Shown here: in pieces, positions 43,798-53,658 of the stretch | How positions within the stretch are numbered: the stretch's first letter is position 1 | How the letters are laid out: every line of letters begins with the position of its first letter | Source: a virus | Lineage: Duplodnaviria; Caudoviricetes | IMG/VR virus record: IMGVR_UViG_3300030380_002200 | Span: 1 to 58,635 of that record | DNA: 58,635 nucleotides | Direction: 5' to 3' (one strand) | Made by a program: the position numbers and the translations under genes | The notes under the pieces: model-generated | The model's input: the letters and a program-made list of their open reading frames with translations, nothing else | Told to the model about the DNA's origin: nothing | The model's database searches: none

Positions 43798-44062
43798 GAT
43801 TAGTACATACACCACGATTACTCCTACTACCTCAGACAAAGTCATTGGCACTGACGTTGCCGGTACACCCGCTGATGCCACAAAGAACTTTACAGCAGGC
43901 TCTATTGCTGCCTTGGCCGCACGACAAGGAGTATTAAACCTTCCCTATTTTGCTGACAACACTGCCGCTGCAGGCTCGTTACCCGCAGGTCATTTGTACC
44001 AAACTAGCGGCACGGGTGCAGCTCCTCTCGATGCACGGGGAATCGTAATGGTGGTGCAGTGA
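43790..44062 (+). CDS. Putative small virion protein
   Basis: MSKISTY...DKVIGTD...TKNFT N-terminus; Ala/Thr-rich. Confidence 0.6.
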   Translation: MSKISTYTTITPTTSDKVIGTDVAGTPADATKNFTAGSIAALAARQGVLNLPYFADNTAAAGSLPAGHLYQTSGTGAAPLDARGIVMVVQ

Positions 44063-44063
44063 T

Positions 44064-44282
44064 ATGGACATCCGAAAGATTTCCATCGGCCCCGACTACA
44101 AGTCGGGTGCTATGCATTACCTCGTAGGGCAGAAGGTTCTAAACGGAGAATACTGTATTCACCTTATCCAATGCGTAGACAACGAGTATCGCATTTGGAT
44201 TGAGCGTGATGACGAAGTAATGCTGTGGAAGTCTTTCACACCAACTGTACCTGTTAGTGTGGAGTACAACATCAACTTTTAA
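44064..44282 (+). CDS. Hypothetical protein
   Basis: IRKISIGPDYKSGAMHYLVGQ...VSVEYNINF. Confidence 0.7.
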   Translation: MDIRKISIGPDYKSGAMHYLVGQKVLNGEYCIHLIQCVDNEYRIWIERDDEVMLWKSFTPTVPVSVEYNINF

Positions 44283-44848
44283 TGCAATCCCCATTCAACT
44301 TTATCGTCAAACCACATAAAGGCACGAGGTATAATAACACGGTAGATTGGGAAGGGGTAGAGTTTACTACCAACACATCAGAGGAGGAGGCGAAGTTTTC
44401 GAACCGTAAGGCTATTGTAGTCTCAGTGCCATTGGGTTATGACGGGCCAATCAAGGTGGGATACACCCTGCTTGTCCACCACAACGTATTTAAGTTCTAC
44501 AACGACATGAAAGGTCGTCGTAAGAGCGGGCGTAGCTTTTTCAAGGAAGACTTGTTCTTTGTTGATAGAGAACAGTTCTTTATGTACCATGATGGCAATA
44601 AGTGGAATGCACATGACAGATACTGCTTTGTATCTCCTATCCCATCAGAGGAGTGCTATATTCAAAAGCCTACGCACGAACCCCTCATGGGGCGCATGGA
44701 ATATCCAAATAAGTATCTTGTAAGCAAGGGAGTCCACACAGGAACGATTGTGTCATTCACTCCGGACTGTGAGTATGAGTTTGACGTAGATGGGGAGATG
44801 ATGTATAGAATCTATGACCACCAAATCACCATGAAGCATGGACACTAA
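44282..44848 (+). CDS. GroES-like protein, possibly two tandem GroES-type domains
   Basis: FIVKP...AIVVSVP...IKVGYTLLV, and CFVSP...G...GTIVSF...YEFDVDGEMMYRI...I. Confidence 0.55.
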   Translation: MQSPFNFIVKPHKGTRYNNTVDWEGVEFTTNTSEEEAKFSNRKAIVVSVPLGYDGPIKVGYTLLVHHNVFKFYNDMKGRRKSGRSFFKEDLFFVDREQFFMYHDGNKWNAHDRYCFVSPIPSEECYIQKPTHEPLMGRMEYPNKYLVSKGVHTGTIVSFTPDCEYEFDVDGEMMYRIYDHQITMKHGH

Positions 44849-45122
44849 GGAGGTCAAACTAAAGATTATCGAAGCGGGTCACCGTGCTGTAGAGCAACTC
44901 ATCAAGGTTGCCAAAGAGCAAATCATCAAGCACGACCCTGAAGACGACTTGTCGGCTGACAGGCTGAAGAACGCGGCGGCAACAAAAAAGCTGTGCATCA
45001 TGGATGCCTTTGAAATCCTAAACAGAATCGAGGCCGAAAGAGAGGCTATCGAAACATTACAAACAGGCTCTACCAACAAGGTGGATACAAAGCAAGGATT
45101 TGCAGAACGAAGGTCTAAATAA
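44838..45122 (+). CDS. Putative terminase small subunit
   Basis: Helical 94 aa, directly before and overlapping the large subunit. Confidence 0.45.
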   Translation: MDTKEVKLKIIEAGHRAVEQLIKVAKEQIIKHDPEDDLSADRLKNAAATKKLCIMDAFEILNRIEAEREAIETLQTGSTNKVDTKQGFAERRSK

Positions 45123-47349
45123 CAACTTGCATCGTGTCATACATGACTACATCCCCAAGCATGTGCTTTCTACTAAGAACAAAGCAAAGACTTGGAAGTA
45201 CGGCTATGACCCAAAGTATGACCTTGTAATCATATCGAAAGACGGAACTCTCGGTGAGGTATACGAGATTCAGAATCTAAAGATTGGACTTCCGAAACCT
45301 CCCAAGGCGTGTCCTCAAAGACACGCTAAGAGAAGTGAGCAGTATTGGGAGAGAGAAGAAATCCCTGCTCACCTGAATAAAATCCAATCCATCTTCCAAT
45401 GGAACGAGATGACCTCGGACTTCAAGTCGAGGTACGTTGACTATATCGAGCGTGAGTTCGACAGGAGGGACGATGGCTATTGGTTTATGAACGATGGCAA
45501 GCCAACCTATCTTACAGGGGCGCACTACATGTACTTGCAATGGACAAGCATTGATGTAGGATACCCTGATTTTCGCGAGGCCAATCGTTTGCTGTACATC
45601 TTTTGGGAAGCGTGCAAGGCTGACCGAAGGAGCTTTGGCATGGTGTACCTGAAGATTCGTCGTTCAGGCTTTTCATTTATGTCGTCGTCAGAGTGTGTAA
45701 ACACCGCGACACTCGCCAAGGATTCTCGTGTAGGCATCCTTTCCAAGACGGGTACAGATGCCAAGAAGATGTTTACCGACAAGGTTGTTCCAATCAACAG
45801 CCGACTTCCATTCTTCTTCAAGCCTATCATGGACGGTATGGACAAGCCTAAGACAGAGCTTGCATACCGAGTGCCTGCGGCTAAGATTACTAAGAAGAAC
45901 ATGTTTGATATTGAGGAGGAACAGATTGAAGGTCTCGACACCACAATTGATTGGAAGAATACTGACGACAATTCTTACGACGGTGAGAAGCTACAGCTTC
46001 TTGTTCATGATGAGAGCGGCAAGTGGCTCAAGCCAAATAGCATTCTCAACAATTGGCGTGTCACCAAGACGTGCTTACGGTTAGGTAGCAAGATTATTGG
46101 CAAGTGCATGATGGGGTCAACCTCCAATGCATTGTCTAAAGGTGGAGGAAACTTCAAGGACTTGTACCGAGACTCTGACGTGCTCAAGAGAAACAAGAAC
46201 GGACAGACCAAGAGCGGGATGTACTCCCTTTTCATTCCGATGGAGTGGAACATGGAAGGGTTTATCGACCGCTACGGCATGCCCGTGTTTAGAACGCCGC
46301 ACAGTGCTGTCAAAGGTATCGACGGAGAAGACATCCATCAGGGGGCTGTAGATTATTGGCAGGCTGAAGTGGACTCGCTCAAGTCAGATGCTGATGCTCT
46401 TAACGAATACTACAGGCAGTTTCCGCGAACAGAATCACACGCCTTCAGAGATGAAAGCAAGCAGTCCATCTTCAACCTCACACGTATCTATCAGCAGATA
46501 GACTACAACGATAGCTTGATTATCAATCAGCACATTACACAGGGTAGCTTTAGATGGAAGGACGGTATCAAAGACACATCGGTTATTTTTTCTCCTGATA
46601 AATCAGGACGATTCAAGGTGTCATGGGTTCCCCAAAGTGGGATGCAGAACAGAATTTCTCAGAGAAACGGAATCAAGTATCCGGACAATGAGCACCTTGG
46701 CGCATTTGGCTGTGACTCGTATGACATTTCAGGCGTAGTGGGTGGGGGAGGCTCTAACGGTGCGCTTCATGGATTGACTAAGTTTAATATGGACGATGCA
46801 CCGAGCAATGAGTTCTTTTTAGAATATGTCGCAAGACCACAGACAGCAGAGTTGTTTTTTGAGGATGTTCTTATGGCCTGTGTGTTTTATGGGATGCCTA
46901 TCCTTGTAGAGAATAACAAGCCTAGACTGTTGTATCATTTCAAGAACCGAGGCTATCGAGGATTCTGTATGAACAGACCTGATAAAACATATAATAAACT
47001 ATCCAAAACGGAGAGAGAACTTGGGGGAATCCCAAACTCTTCTGAAGACGTGAAGCAGGCGCACGCTTCAGCTATTGAGTCCTACATTGAAAAGTATGTA
47101 GGCATAGATATGGATGGCTCGTTTAGAGATACAGACGAGATGGGTTCTATGCTATTTACACGAACCCTTGAAGATTGGGCGAAGTTTGACATTAGCAACA
47201 GAACCAAATTTGACGCAAGTATTAGTTCGGGATTGGCTATCATGGCTTGCCAAAAGCACCTGTATCAGCCCGAAAAGAAGACAAATAAATTAAGCCTTAC
47301 CTTTGCAAGGTATAATAACAAGGGGGCTTACAGTGAACTGATTCGATGA
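45100..47349 (+). CDS. terL: Terminase large subunit
   Basis: LKIRRSGFS Walker A variant, LVHDESGK Walker B, MGSTSN motif C, FGCDSYD nuclease motif, LVENNK, FDASISSGLA; precedes the portal. Confidence 0.9.
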   Translation: MQNEGLNNNLHRVIHDYIPKHVLSTKNKAKTWKYGYDPKYDLVIISKDGTLGEVYEIQNLKIGLPKPPKACPQRHAKRSEQYWEREEIPAHLNKIQSIFQWNEMTSDFKSRYVDYIEREFDRRDDGYWFMNDGKPTYLTGAHYMYLQWTSIDVGYPDFREANRLLYIFWEACKADRRSFGMVYLKIRRSGFSFMSSSECVNTATLAKDSRVGILSKTGTDAKKMFTDKVVPINSRLPFFFKPIMDGMDKPKTELAYRVPAAKITKKNMFDIEEEQIEGLDTTIDWKNTDDNSYDGEKLQLLVHDESGKWLKPNSILNNWRVTKTCLRLGSKIIGKCMMGSTSNALSKGGGNFKDLYRDSDVLKRNKNGQTKSGMYSLFIPMEWNMEGFIDRYGMPVFRTPHSAVKGIDGEDIHQGAVDYWQAEVDSLKSDADALNEYYRQFPRTESHAFRDESKQSIFNLTRIYQQIDYNDSLIINQHITQGSFRWKDGIKDTSVIFSPDKSGRFKVSWVPQSGMQNRISQRNGIKYPDNEHLGAFGCDSYDISGVVGGGGSNGALHGLTKFNMDDAPSNEFFLEYVARPQTAELFFEDVLMACVFYGMPILVENNKPRLLYHFKNRGYRGFCMNRPDKTYNKLSKTERELGGIPNSSEDVKQAHASAIESYIEKYVGIDMDGSFRDTDEMGSMLFTRTLEDWAKFDISNRTKFDASISSGLAIMACQKHLYQPEKKTNKLSLTFARYNNKGAYSELIR
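45309..45324. repeat. 16-bp palindrome copy 15 (inside terL)
   Basis: GTGTCCTCAAAGACAC, encoding CPQRH. Confidence 0.9.
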
Positions 47350-49781
47350 AGGATGTTAAGATAAACATATCATCTACAGGGTTTCCGAGTCAATTCGTGT
47401 CCGACGCTGAAAAAGACTCCGAAGAGTTCGGTCTTCAGATTGGTCAGGCCATTCAGTATGAATGGTTTAAGAAGGACGGAAGTCAATGTAGATTTTACGA
47501 GCAATTTCGTGCATTGCATCGTTTGCGCCTTTATGCAAGAGGAGAGCAATCTATTGCGAAGTACAAGCAAGAGTTAGCTATTGATGGAGATTTATCTTAC
47601 ATCAATCTTGATTGGACACCTGTACCTATTCTTCCCAAGTTTGTAGACATCGTTGTAAACGGAATGTCGGACAGACTTTTTTCCGTCAAGGCATACGCAC
47701 AAGACGCTTTGTCACAATCAAAGCGCAGCAAGTATCAAGACCTTATTGAGGGGCAGATGGTTGCCAAACCTGTGTTGGAAAAAATTCAGAAGGCTACAGG
47801 AGCAAACCCTTTTGTTACTGACCCCGATGAGCTTCCGGAAACTGATGAAGAACTGTCACTCTATATGCAGCTTAACTACAAGCCTGCTATCGAGATTGCA
47901 GAGGAAGAAGCCATCAATACCATTTTTGAGGAAAACCACTACAATGACCTGCGCAAAAGGTTTGACTATGACCTTACCGTTTGCGGAATGGCCGTTGCAA
48001 AGCATGAGTTCCTCAAGGGCAGCGGAGTCAAGGTATCATACGTTGACCCGGCGAATGTGGTGTACAGTTACACCGACGACCCTCACTTCAAAGATTGTTT
48101 TTATTGGGGGGAGATAAAGACAGTTCACACAAATGAACTGCTGAAGATTGACCCTACTCTTACGAATGAAGACTTGCAAGAGCTTTCACAGTACGGTCAG
48201 AGCTTTTACGACTACTTCAACTTAGCACAGTATTACGACAATAGTATCTTTTACAGAGATTCTATTACGCTTCTGTACTTCAATTACAAGACGACTAACG
48301 ACATCGTCTACAAAAAGAAAGTTACAGATAGTGGAAACGTAAAGATGATTGAGAAGGATGACACCTTCAATCCACCTTCCGATATGATGGAAGAGGGCAA
48401 CTTTGAGAAGGTGTCAAAGAAGATTGATGTTTGGTACGACGGTATTATGGTGATGGGCACAAATTATCTTCTGAAGTGGGAGATGTCCAAAAACATGGTA
48501 AGACCAAAGTCTGCTAGTCAACACGCTATACCAAACTATGTAGCTGTAGCACCTCGCATGTACAAGGGCGTTATTGAGTCTTTGGTGAGAAGGATGATTC
48601 CTTTTGCCGACCTCATTCAGATGACGCACCTGAAGCTGCAGCAAGTTATTGCCCGCACAGTTCCGGATGGTGTATACATCGACGCAGATGGACTGAACGA
48701 GGTTGACCTTGGAACGGGCAATGCATACAACCCTGAAGACGCTTTGCGTCTGTACTTCCAAACGGGTTCTGTTATTGGTAGGAGCTATACGCAGGACGGA
48801 GAGTTCAACAACGCTCGCGTTCCTATTCAGCAGCTCACCTCCAACTCAGGCGCGTCCAAGACGCAGATGTTGATTGCCAACTACAATCACTATCTCGATA
48901 TGATTCGTGCGGTTACGGGACTCAACGAGGCTCGTGATGGCAGCACCCCCGACCCCAACTCATTGGTGGGCGTACAGAAGTTGGCTGCGCTCAACTCCAA
49001 TACAGCTACAAGGCACATTCTAGATGGAAGCCTTTACCTCTTTAAGACTCTTGCAGAGGGTCTGTCTTATCGTATTTCAGACATCCTAGAGTATTCTGAC
49101 TTTACTGATGAGTTCATCAACCAAATCGGAAAGTATAACGTCAGCATTCTCAATCAGATTTCTGACCTATACATCTATGACTTTGGTGTGTTTATTGAAG
49201 TCGCTCCTGACGAAGAGCAAAAAGCTAAGTTGGAGCAGAACATTCAGATGGCGTTGTCTAAGCAAGACATATTCCTTGAAGACGCTATTGACATCCGCGA
49301 GATGAAGAACATCAAGCTCGCCAACCAACTGCTCAAGCTAAAGCGTAAGCAAAAACAAGACCGCGAGGAGCAGCAGATGTTGCAGGGCAAGGCTATGGAA
49401 ACGGAGAGGCAGATGAAGTCTCAGCAGTTTGCAGCGCAAGCTGCTATGCAGAAGCTGCAAGCCGAGACGCAATCGAAGATGCAGATTAAGCAGGCTGAGA
49501 TTTCGTTCGAGATTGAGAAGATGAAGAACGAGGCGGAACTTAAGAAGATGCTTATGGAGCAGGAGTTCCAATACAACATGTCACTCAGAAACATTTCTGA
49601 GGATGCACTTCAGAGCAGAGAAACACAGCGCGAGAAAGCTAAATCTGAAAGGATTAGTCAGCAAAACTCTGAGCAGAGCAAGCTGATTAACCAACGCAAG
49701 AACAACCTTCCACCTCAGAACTTCGAGTCTAACGAAGACAGTCTTGATGGTTTTGACATGGCTGAGTTCTCGCCAAGATAA
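47346..49781 (+). CDS. Portal protein
   Basis: 811 aa after terL; PILPKFVDIVVNGM, TGLNEARDGS, long C-terminal coiled coil (barrel), as in podovirus portals. Confidence 0.85.
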   Translation: MKDVKINISSTGFPSQFVSDAEKDSEEFGLQIGQAIQYEWFKKDGSQCRFYEQFRALHRLRLYARGEQSIAKYKQELAIDGDLSYINLDWTPVPILPKFVDIVVNGMSDRLFSVKAYAQDALSQSKRSKYQDLIEGQMVAKPVLEKIQKATGANPFVTDPDELPETDEELSLYMQLNYKPAIEIAEEEAINTIFEENHYNDLRKRFDYDLTVCGMAVAKHEFLKGSGVKVSYVDPANVVYSYTDDPHFKDCFYWGEIKTVHTNELLKIDPTLTNEDLQELSQYGQSFYDYFNLAQYYDNSIFYRDSITLLYFNYKTTNDIVYKKKVTDSGNVKMIEKDDTFNPPSDMMEEGNFEKVSKKIDVWYDGIMVMGTNYLLKWEMSKNMVRPKSASQHAIPNYVAVAPRMYKGVIESLVRRMIPFADLIQMTHLKLQQVIARTVPDGVYIDADGLNEVDLGTGNAYNPEDALRLYFQTGSVIGRSYTQDGEFNNARVPIQQLTSNSGASKTQMLIANYNHYLDMIRAVTGLNEARDGSTPDPNSLVGVQKLAALNSNTATRHILDGSLYLFKTLAEGLSYRISDILEYSDFTDEFINQIGKYNVSILNQISDLYIYDFGVFIEVAPDEEQKAKLEQNIQMALSKQDIFLEDAIDIREMKNIKLANQLLKLKRKQKQDREEQQMLQGKAMETERQMKSQQFAAQAAMQKLQAETQSKMQIKQAEISFEIEKMKNEAELKKMLMEQEFQYNMSLRNISEDALQSRETQREKAKSERISQQNSEQSKLINQRKNNLPPQNFESNEDSLDGFDMAEFSPR

Positions 49782-49820
49782 GTCTAATTTATTGTCATTA
49801 CTTTTGTAAAAATCTAATCT

Positions 49821-50924
49821 ATGGAACTTAAGGTACGCGAAGTGACGGGCGAAGAAAAGTCACAACAAGAAATCGAGCAGTCACTTCTTGACAAGCATGC
49901 GCAGGAAGTAAATAATGAAACACCTCAAGCTGAGGAGCCTCAGCAAGAGACCCCACCCGTTCAGGAGGAAGCTCCTGTTCAGGAATCTAAGTCAGAGCTT
50001 TCTGACGACGACGTTCTTTCATATATCAAAAACAGGTACGACAAGCAGATTGACTCTGTAGACCAACTCTTTGCCGAGCGCGAAGAGGCTGAGGAACTTC
50101 CGGAAGATGTCGCTGCGTACTTAAAGTACAAGAAGGATACAGGAAGAGGGTTTAACGACTACGTAAGACTCAACAAGGATTACGATGAAGTTGCCCCCGA
50201 CCAACTCCTTCGTGAGTATTTGGTTGCCACCGAAAAGGGATTAGATGCAGAAGACATCGACACCTTGATGGAGGCTTATTCTTTTGACGAGGAGTTGGAT
50301 GACGAATCGACAATTAAGAAGACCAAGCTAAACAAGAAAAAAGCTATTGCGAAGGCCAAAGACTACTTTGAGTCAGAGAAAGAAAAATACGGAGCACCCC
50401 TTGAGTCGAGCGGGAGTTCCCTTTCTAAGGATGACCAAGATAAGTTAGAGGCGTATAAGCAATATATCCAAGAGTCAAACTCTTTTGAGGAGTCAATGAA
50501 GAAGCGACAGGAAGTCTTTCTTCAGCAGACCAACGAAGTTTTCGGAAGTGAGTTCAAGGGCTTTGAGTTCACGCTTGACGAAGACAAGACGGTCACCTTC
50601 TCTCCGGGTGATGCTACTGAGTTAAAGAAGGCACAGTCTGATGCCACTAACTTCCTTAAGAAGTATGTGGACGAAAACGGTGTCATCAAAGACGCAGCAG
50701 GTTACCATCGAGCTTTGGCTATCGCTATGAATCCCGAAAAGTTTGCTCGGTTCTTTTATGAACAGGGCAAATCGTTTCAGGCTGACAGTACGATGCGCAA
50801 GATGAAGAATACTGACATGTCTATGCGCAACACACCGGAAGTCGTGAAGAAGGGAGGCATGCAAATAAAGTCCTTGAACAGTGACTCAGGTCGAGGACTT
50901 AAGATTAGGAGTCGAAAAAACTAA
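49821..50924 (+). CDS. Putative capsid scaffolding protein
   Basis: Very acidic and helical; between portal and capsid genes; -7 element TACTTTTG at 49799. Confidence 0.65.
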   Translation: MELKVREVTGEEKSQQEIEQSLLDKHAQEVNNETPQAEEPQQETPPVQEEAPVQESKSELSDDDVLSYIKNRYDKQIDSVDQLFAEREEAEELPEDVAAYLKYKKDTGRGFNDYVRLNKDYDEVAPDQLLREYLVATEKGLDAEDIDTLMEAYSFDEELDDESTIKKTKLNKKKAIAKAKDYFESEKEKYGAPLESSGSSLSKDDQDKLEAYKQYIQESNSFEESMKKRQEVFLQQTNEVFGSEFKGFEFTLDEDKTVTFSPGDATELKKAQSDATNFLKKYVDENGVIKDAAGYHRALAIAMNPEKFARFFYEQGKSFQADSTMRKMKNTDMSMRNTPEVVKKGGMQIKSLNSDSGRGLKIRSRKN

Positions 50925-50937
50925 AAACTAAGAAAAT

Positions 50938-52383
50938 ATGGCTTTAACAGCTTTTGATTTGGGACTGCAGCCATCAGCGCAGCAGGTTCCGCTTAGTACG
51001 AACTATATCACGAACTTCAACTTCTTGAATCAGTATCTCCCTGATACTTACGAGAAGGAGTTCGAGAGATATGGCAACCGTACTATCTCTTCTTTCCTCC
51101 GCATGGTTGGTGCGGAAATGCCTTCTAACTCTGACCTGATTAAGTGGGCAGAGCAGGGAAGACTTCACATTAAGTACACTAAGTGTGGTACTGCTGCTAA
51201 TAATGGAGACAGTGAGGCTATTTTCCAAGTGAACGACACAGGTATTCCTGCATTTACTGCTACCAACGCTATTGCCGTAAGAGTTGGACAAACTCTTTTC
51301 ATTCAAAAGAATGATGGCTCTGCCTCTAACAAGGCTATTGTTACAGCGGTAGACGAGACTCAAAACCAATTTACTTGTGCTTTCTACGAAGCAGGCGGCT
51401 TCGGTGGTGTTTCAGGTGGTGGTTTGGCTAACACGAACTTCACTGTGTTTATCTATGGTTCGGAGTTCAAGAAGGGTGAAGCAGGTATGCAAGGCTCTCT
51501 TGAGGCTGATGATACCATCCTTTCTAACAACCCAATCATCCTGAAGGACACCTACTCGGTGAACGGTTCTGACATGGCTCAGATTGGATGGGTAGAGGTG
51601 ACTACAGAAAACGGTGCTTCAGGATACCTGTGGTACTTGAAGTCTGAGCACGAAACTCGCCTTCGTTTCGATGACTACCTCGAAACTGCTATGGTAGAGG
51701 CTGTGCCTGCCGTTGCTCCTGCCGTTGCTGTTGCAGGACAGAAAAACGCACAAGAGGAAGGCTTCATGGGTTCTGAAGGTGTGTTCCACGCAGTGAATAC
51801 AAGAGGTAACGTCTATGCAGGCGGTAACCCAACTGTACTCGCTGACTTCGACACCATCATTCAGCGTCTTGACAAGCAGGGTTCTATCGAGGAGAACGTT
51901 CTCTTCATCAACCGTCAGTTCTCGTTTGACATTGACGATATGTTGGCTGCTCAAAACTCTTACGGAGCGGGTGGTACTTCATTCGGCCTGTTCGACAACG
52001 ACGAGGAGATGGCCTTGAACCTTGGCTTCTCAGGCTTCCGTAGAGGTTACGACTTCTACAAGACTGATTGGAAATACTTGAACGACCCAACTTTCCGTGG
52101 CGGTTTGTCTACTGTGGCAGGCAGCGGAACGATTAACGGTCTTCTTGTTCCTGCAGGTTCTACTACCGTGTACGACCAAATCCTTGGTAAGAACGCGAAG
52201 CGTCCATTCTTGCACGTTCGTTACAGAGCGTCTGAGACTGAAGACCGTCGCTACAAGACTTGGATTACAGGTTCTGCCGGAGGTGCAATGAACACTGACG
52301 TTGACAAGATGCAGGTTAACTACCTGTCTGAAAGAGCTGTTTGCGTGATGGGCGCGAACAACTTCGTCATCTTCAATGCGTAA
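50938..52383 (+). CDS. Major capsid protein
   Basis: 481 aa; YLPDTYEKEFERYGNR, WAEQGRLH, LNLGFSGFRRGYDFYK; follows the scaffold gene and ends at a terminator hairpin. Confidence 0.85.
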   Translation: MALTAFDLGLQPSAQQVPLSTNYITNFNFLNQYLPDTYEKEFERYGNRTISSFLRMVGAEMPSNSDLIKWAEQGRLHIKYTKCGTAANNGDSEAIFQVNDTGIPAFTATNAIAVRVGQTLFIQKNDGSASNKAIVTAVDETQNQFTCAFYEAGGFGGVSGGGLANTNFTVFIYGSEFKKGEAGMQGSLEADDTILSNNPIILKDTYSVNGSDMAQIGWVEVTTENGASGYLWYLKSEHETRLRFDDYLETAMVEAVPAVAPAVAVAGQKNAQEEGFMGSEGVFHAVNTRGNVYAGGNPTVLADFDTIIQRLDKQGSIEENVLFINRQFSFDIDDMLAAQNSYGAGGTSFGLFDNDEEMALNLGFSGFRRGYDFYKTDWKYLNDPTFRGGLSTVAGSGTINGLLVPAGSTTVYDQILGKNAKRPFLHVRYRASETEDRRYKTWITGSAGGAMNTDVDKMQVNYLSERAVCVMGANNFVIFNA

Positions 52384-52398
52384 GATTGCGTAACACGT

Positions 52399-52445
52399 AA
52401 AGGGGAGGCGTGTCCTCAAGGACACGCTTCCCGCTTTACTTTTTT
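52399..52445 (+). terminator. Terminator-like hairpin built around 16-bp palindrome copy 16 (52410..52425)
   Basis: GGGAGGC-GTGTCCTCAAGGACAC-GCTTCCC followed by TTTACTTTTTT. Confidence 0.75.
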
Positions 52446-52463
52446 AATTCTAAATCGTATCTA

Positions 52464-53213
52464 ATGAAAAAGAAAAATGAAGTGTATGTCGATAAGACAT
52501 ACAGACTGACTAATGCAGTCGCGCCCTTGGCGTATATGATTCCCACAAGAAATAGCCGTTCTTTTCCGCTCCTGTATTGGGACGAAGAAAAAGGTCTTAA
52601 TCGAGCATTGCGCTACTCAAGGAATCAGAACAGTCCTTTTGAGGACGAACAAGACGGAAACGTCATCGTAGAGCCTGTTATTTTTGAGGATGGCCTACTT
52701 ACTGTGCCGCGTCAAAATCAAGTTCTGCAAAAGTTTCTGCACTACCATCCGTTGAATGGCAAGTCATTTGAAGAGGTAAACCTTGAGAAGGACGCATCAC
52801 AAGAGATGGAAAGTCTTGAAACGGAAGTAGATGCTCTCATCGAAGCACGCTCTCTCTCTTTGGAGGAGCTTGAGAACGTATGCCGAGTGGCTTTCGGAAG
52901 AAGCACTGACAGGCTGAGTTCGGCTGAGATGAAGAGAGATGTTTTGATGTTTGCTAAGTACAACCCCGGAGACTTCTTGCGCATCTTGCAAGACCCTGAG
53001 CTTAGGTTCAATTCGACCGTTCAGAGGTTTTTTGACTCAGGAATGCTTACCACTCGTAGAAACAACACAGAGGTGTGGTTTAGCACTCCTACCAACAAGA
53101 AGAAGATGCTTAGTGTCCCGTTTGGCGTAAGTCCTAATACAGCGGCAGGCTCGTTCCTAAAGAGCGATGACGGTATTGAAGCCCTCAAGATGCTTGAGGG
53201 TTTAGTAGACTAA
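52464..53213 (+). CDS. Putative virion-associated protein following the capsid gene
   Basis: Start reassigned to ATG 52464; RALRYSRNQNSPFEDEQ...IFEDGLLTVP...LQKFL. Confidence 0.7.
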   Translation: MKKKNEVYVDKTYRLTNAVAPLAYMIPTRNSRSFPLLYWDEEKGLNRALRYSRNQNSPFEDEQDGNVIVEPVIFEDGLLTVPRQNQVLQKFLHYHPLNGKSFEEVNLEKDASQEMESLETEVDALIEARSLSLEELENVCRVAFGRSTDRLSSAEMKRDVLMFAKYNPGDFLRILQDPELRFNSTVQRFFDSGMLTTRRNNTEVWFSTPTNKKKMLSVPFGVSPNTAAGSFLKSDDGIEALKMLEGLVD

Positions 53214-53231
53214 CACCTTACTACTGATAAG

Positions 53232-53261
53232 AAGAGGAGCAGAAATGCTCCTCTTTTTTTT
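53232..53261 (+). terminator. Rho-independent terminator
   Basis: AAGAGGAGCA-GAAA-TGCTCCTCTT followed by a T run. Confidence 0.85.
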
Positions 53262-53265
53262 ATCC

Positions 53266-53273
53266 TATCTTTG
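53266..53273 (+). promoter_or_regulatory. -7 promoter element (TATCTTTG) for the paralog operon
   Basis: Immediately after the terminator. Confidence 0.65.
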
Positions 53274-53308
53274 TAGGGATATTTTTTTACTCACGCAGAA
53301 TTTTTTAC

Positions 53309-53656
53309 ATGCAGAAGTATATCAAGGTTACAGGACTTACGAATACCGTTCAGGTAGTAAACTGTAACAACATCCTTGGGATTGTTAGGCCCAACACCAC
53401 ATCCGCAAGTTTTGGAATTACCACGGCGGATACCGAGACAAAGATTGTCTACATTGATGCGAATAGTGCTACATCGGAGGTTACTACCTTCGACCATGCT
53501 GCGGCAGGTTCCGGTACAAATCGTGTAGCGCAAGCTAACTTCATCAAGGACTTGATTGTTCAGGCGTGGGAGCAGCCCTATACAGAGCCATTTGTTACTG
53601 TTGATGGAACTGACTTCCCCTTGACAGTTACACTCGTTAACCCCGCAGGCTCATAA
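53309..53656 (+). CDS. Tandem paralog array member 1 (subtype A)
   Basis: MQKYIKVTG...QANFIKDLIV...PYTEP...DFP. Confidence 0.75.
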   Translation: MQKYIKVTGLTNTVQVVNCNNILGIVRPNTTSASFGITTADTETKIVYIDANSATSEVTTFDHAAAGSGTNRVAQANFIKDLIVQAWEQPYTEPFVTVDGTDFPLTVTLVNPAGS

Positions 53657-53658
53657 TC

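Noticed and set aside
27965-52410. GTG starts assigned by the ORF track at 27965, 33225 and 52410
   Set aside because: These GTGs lie in or directly beside the palindrome; downstream ATGs with A-rich leaders are the likelier starts.
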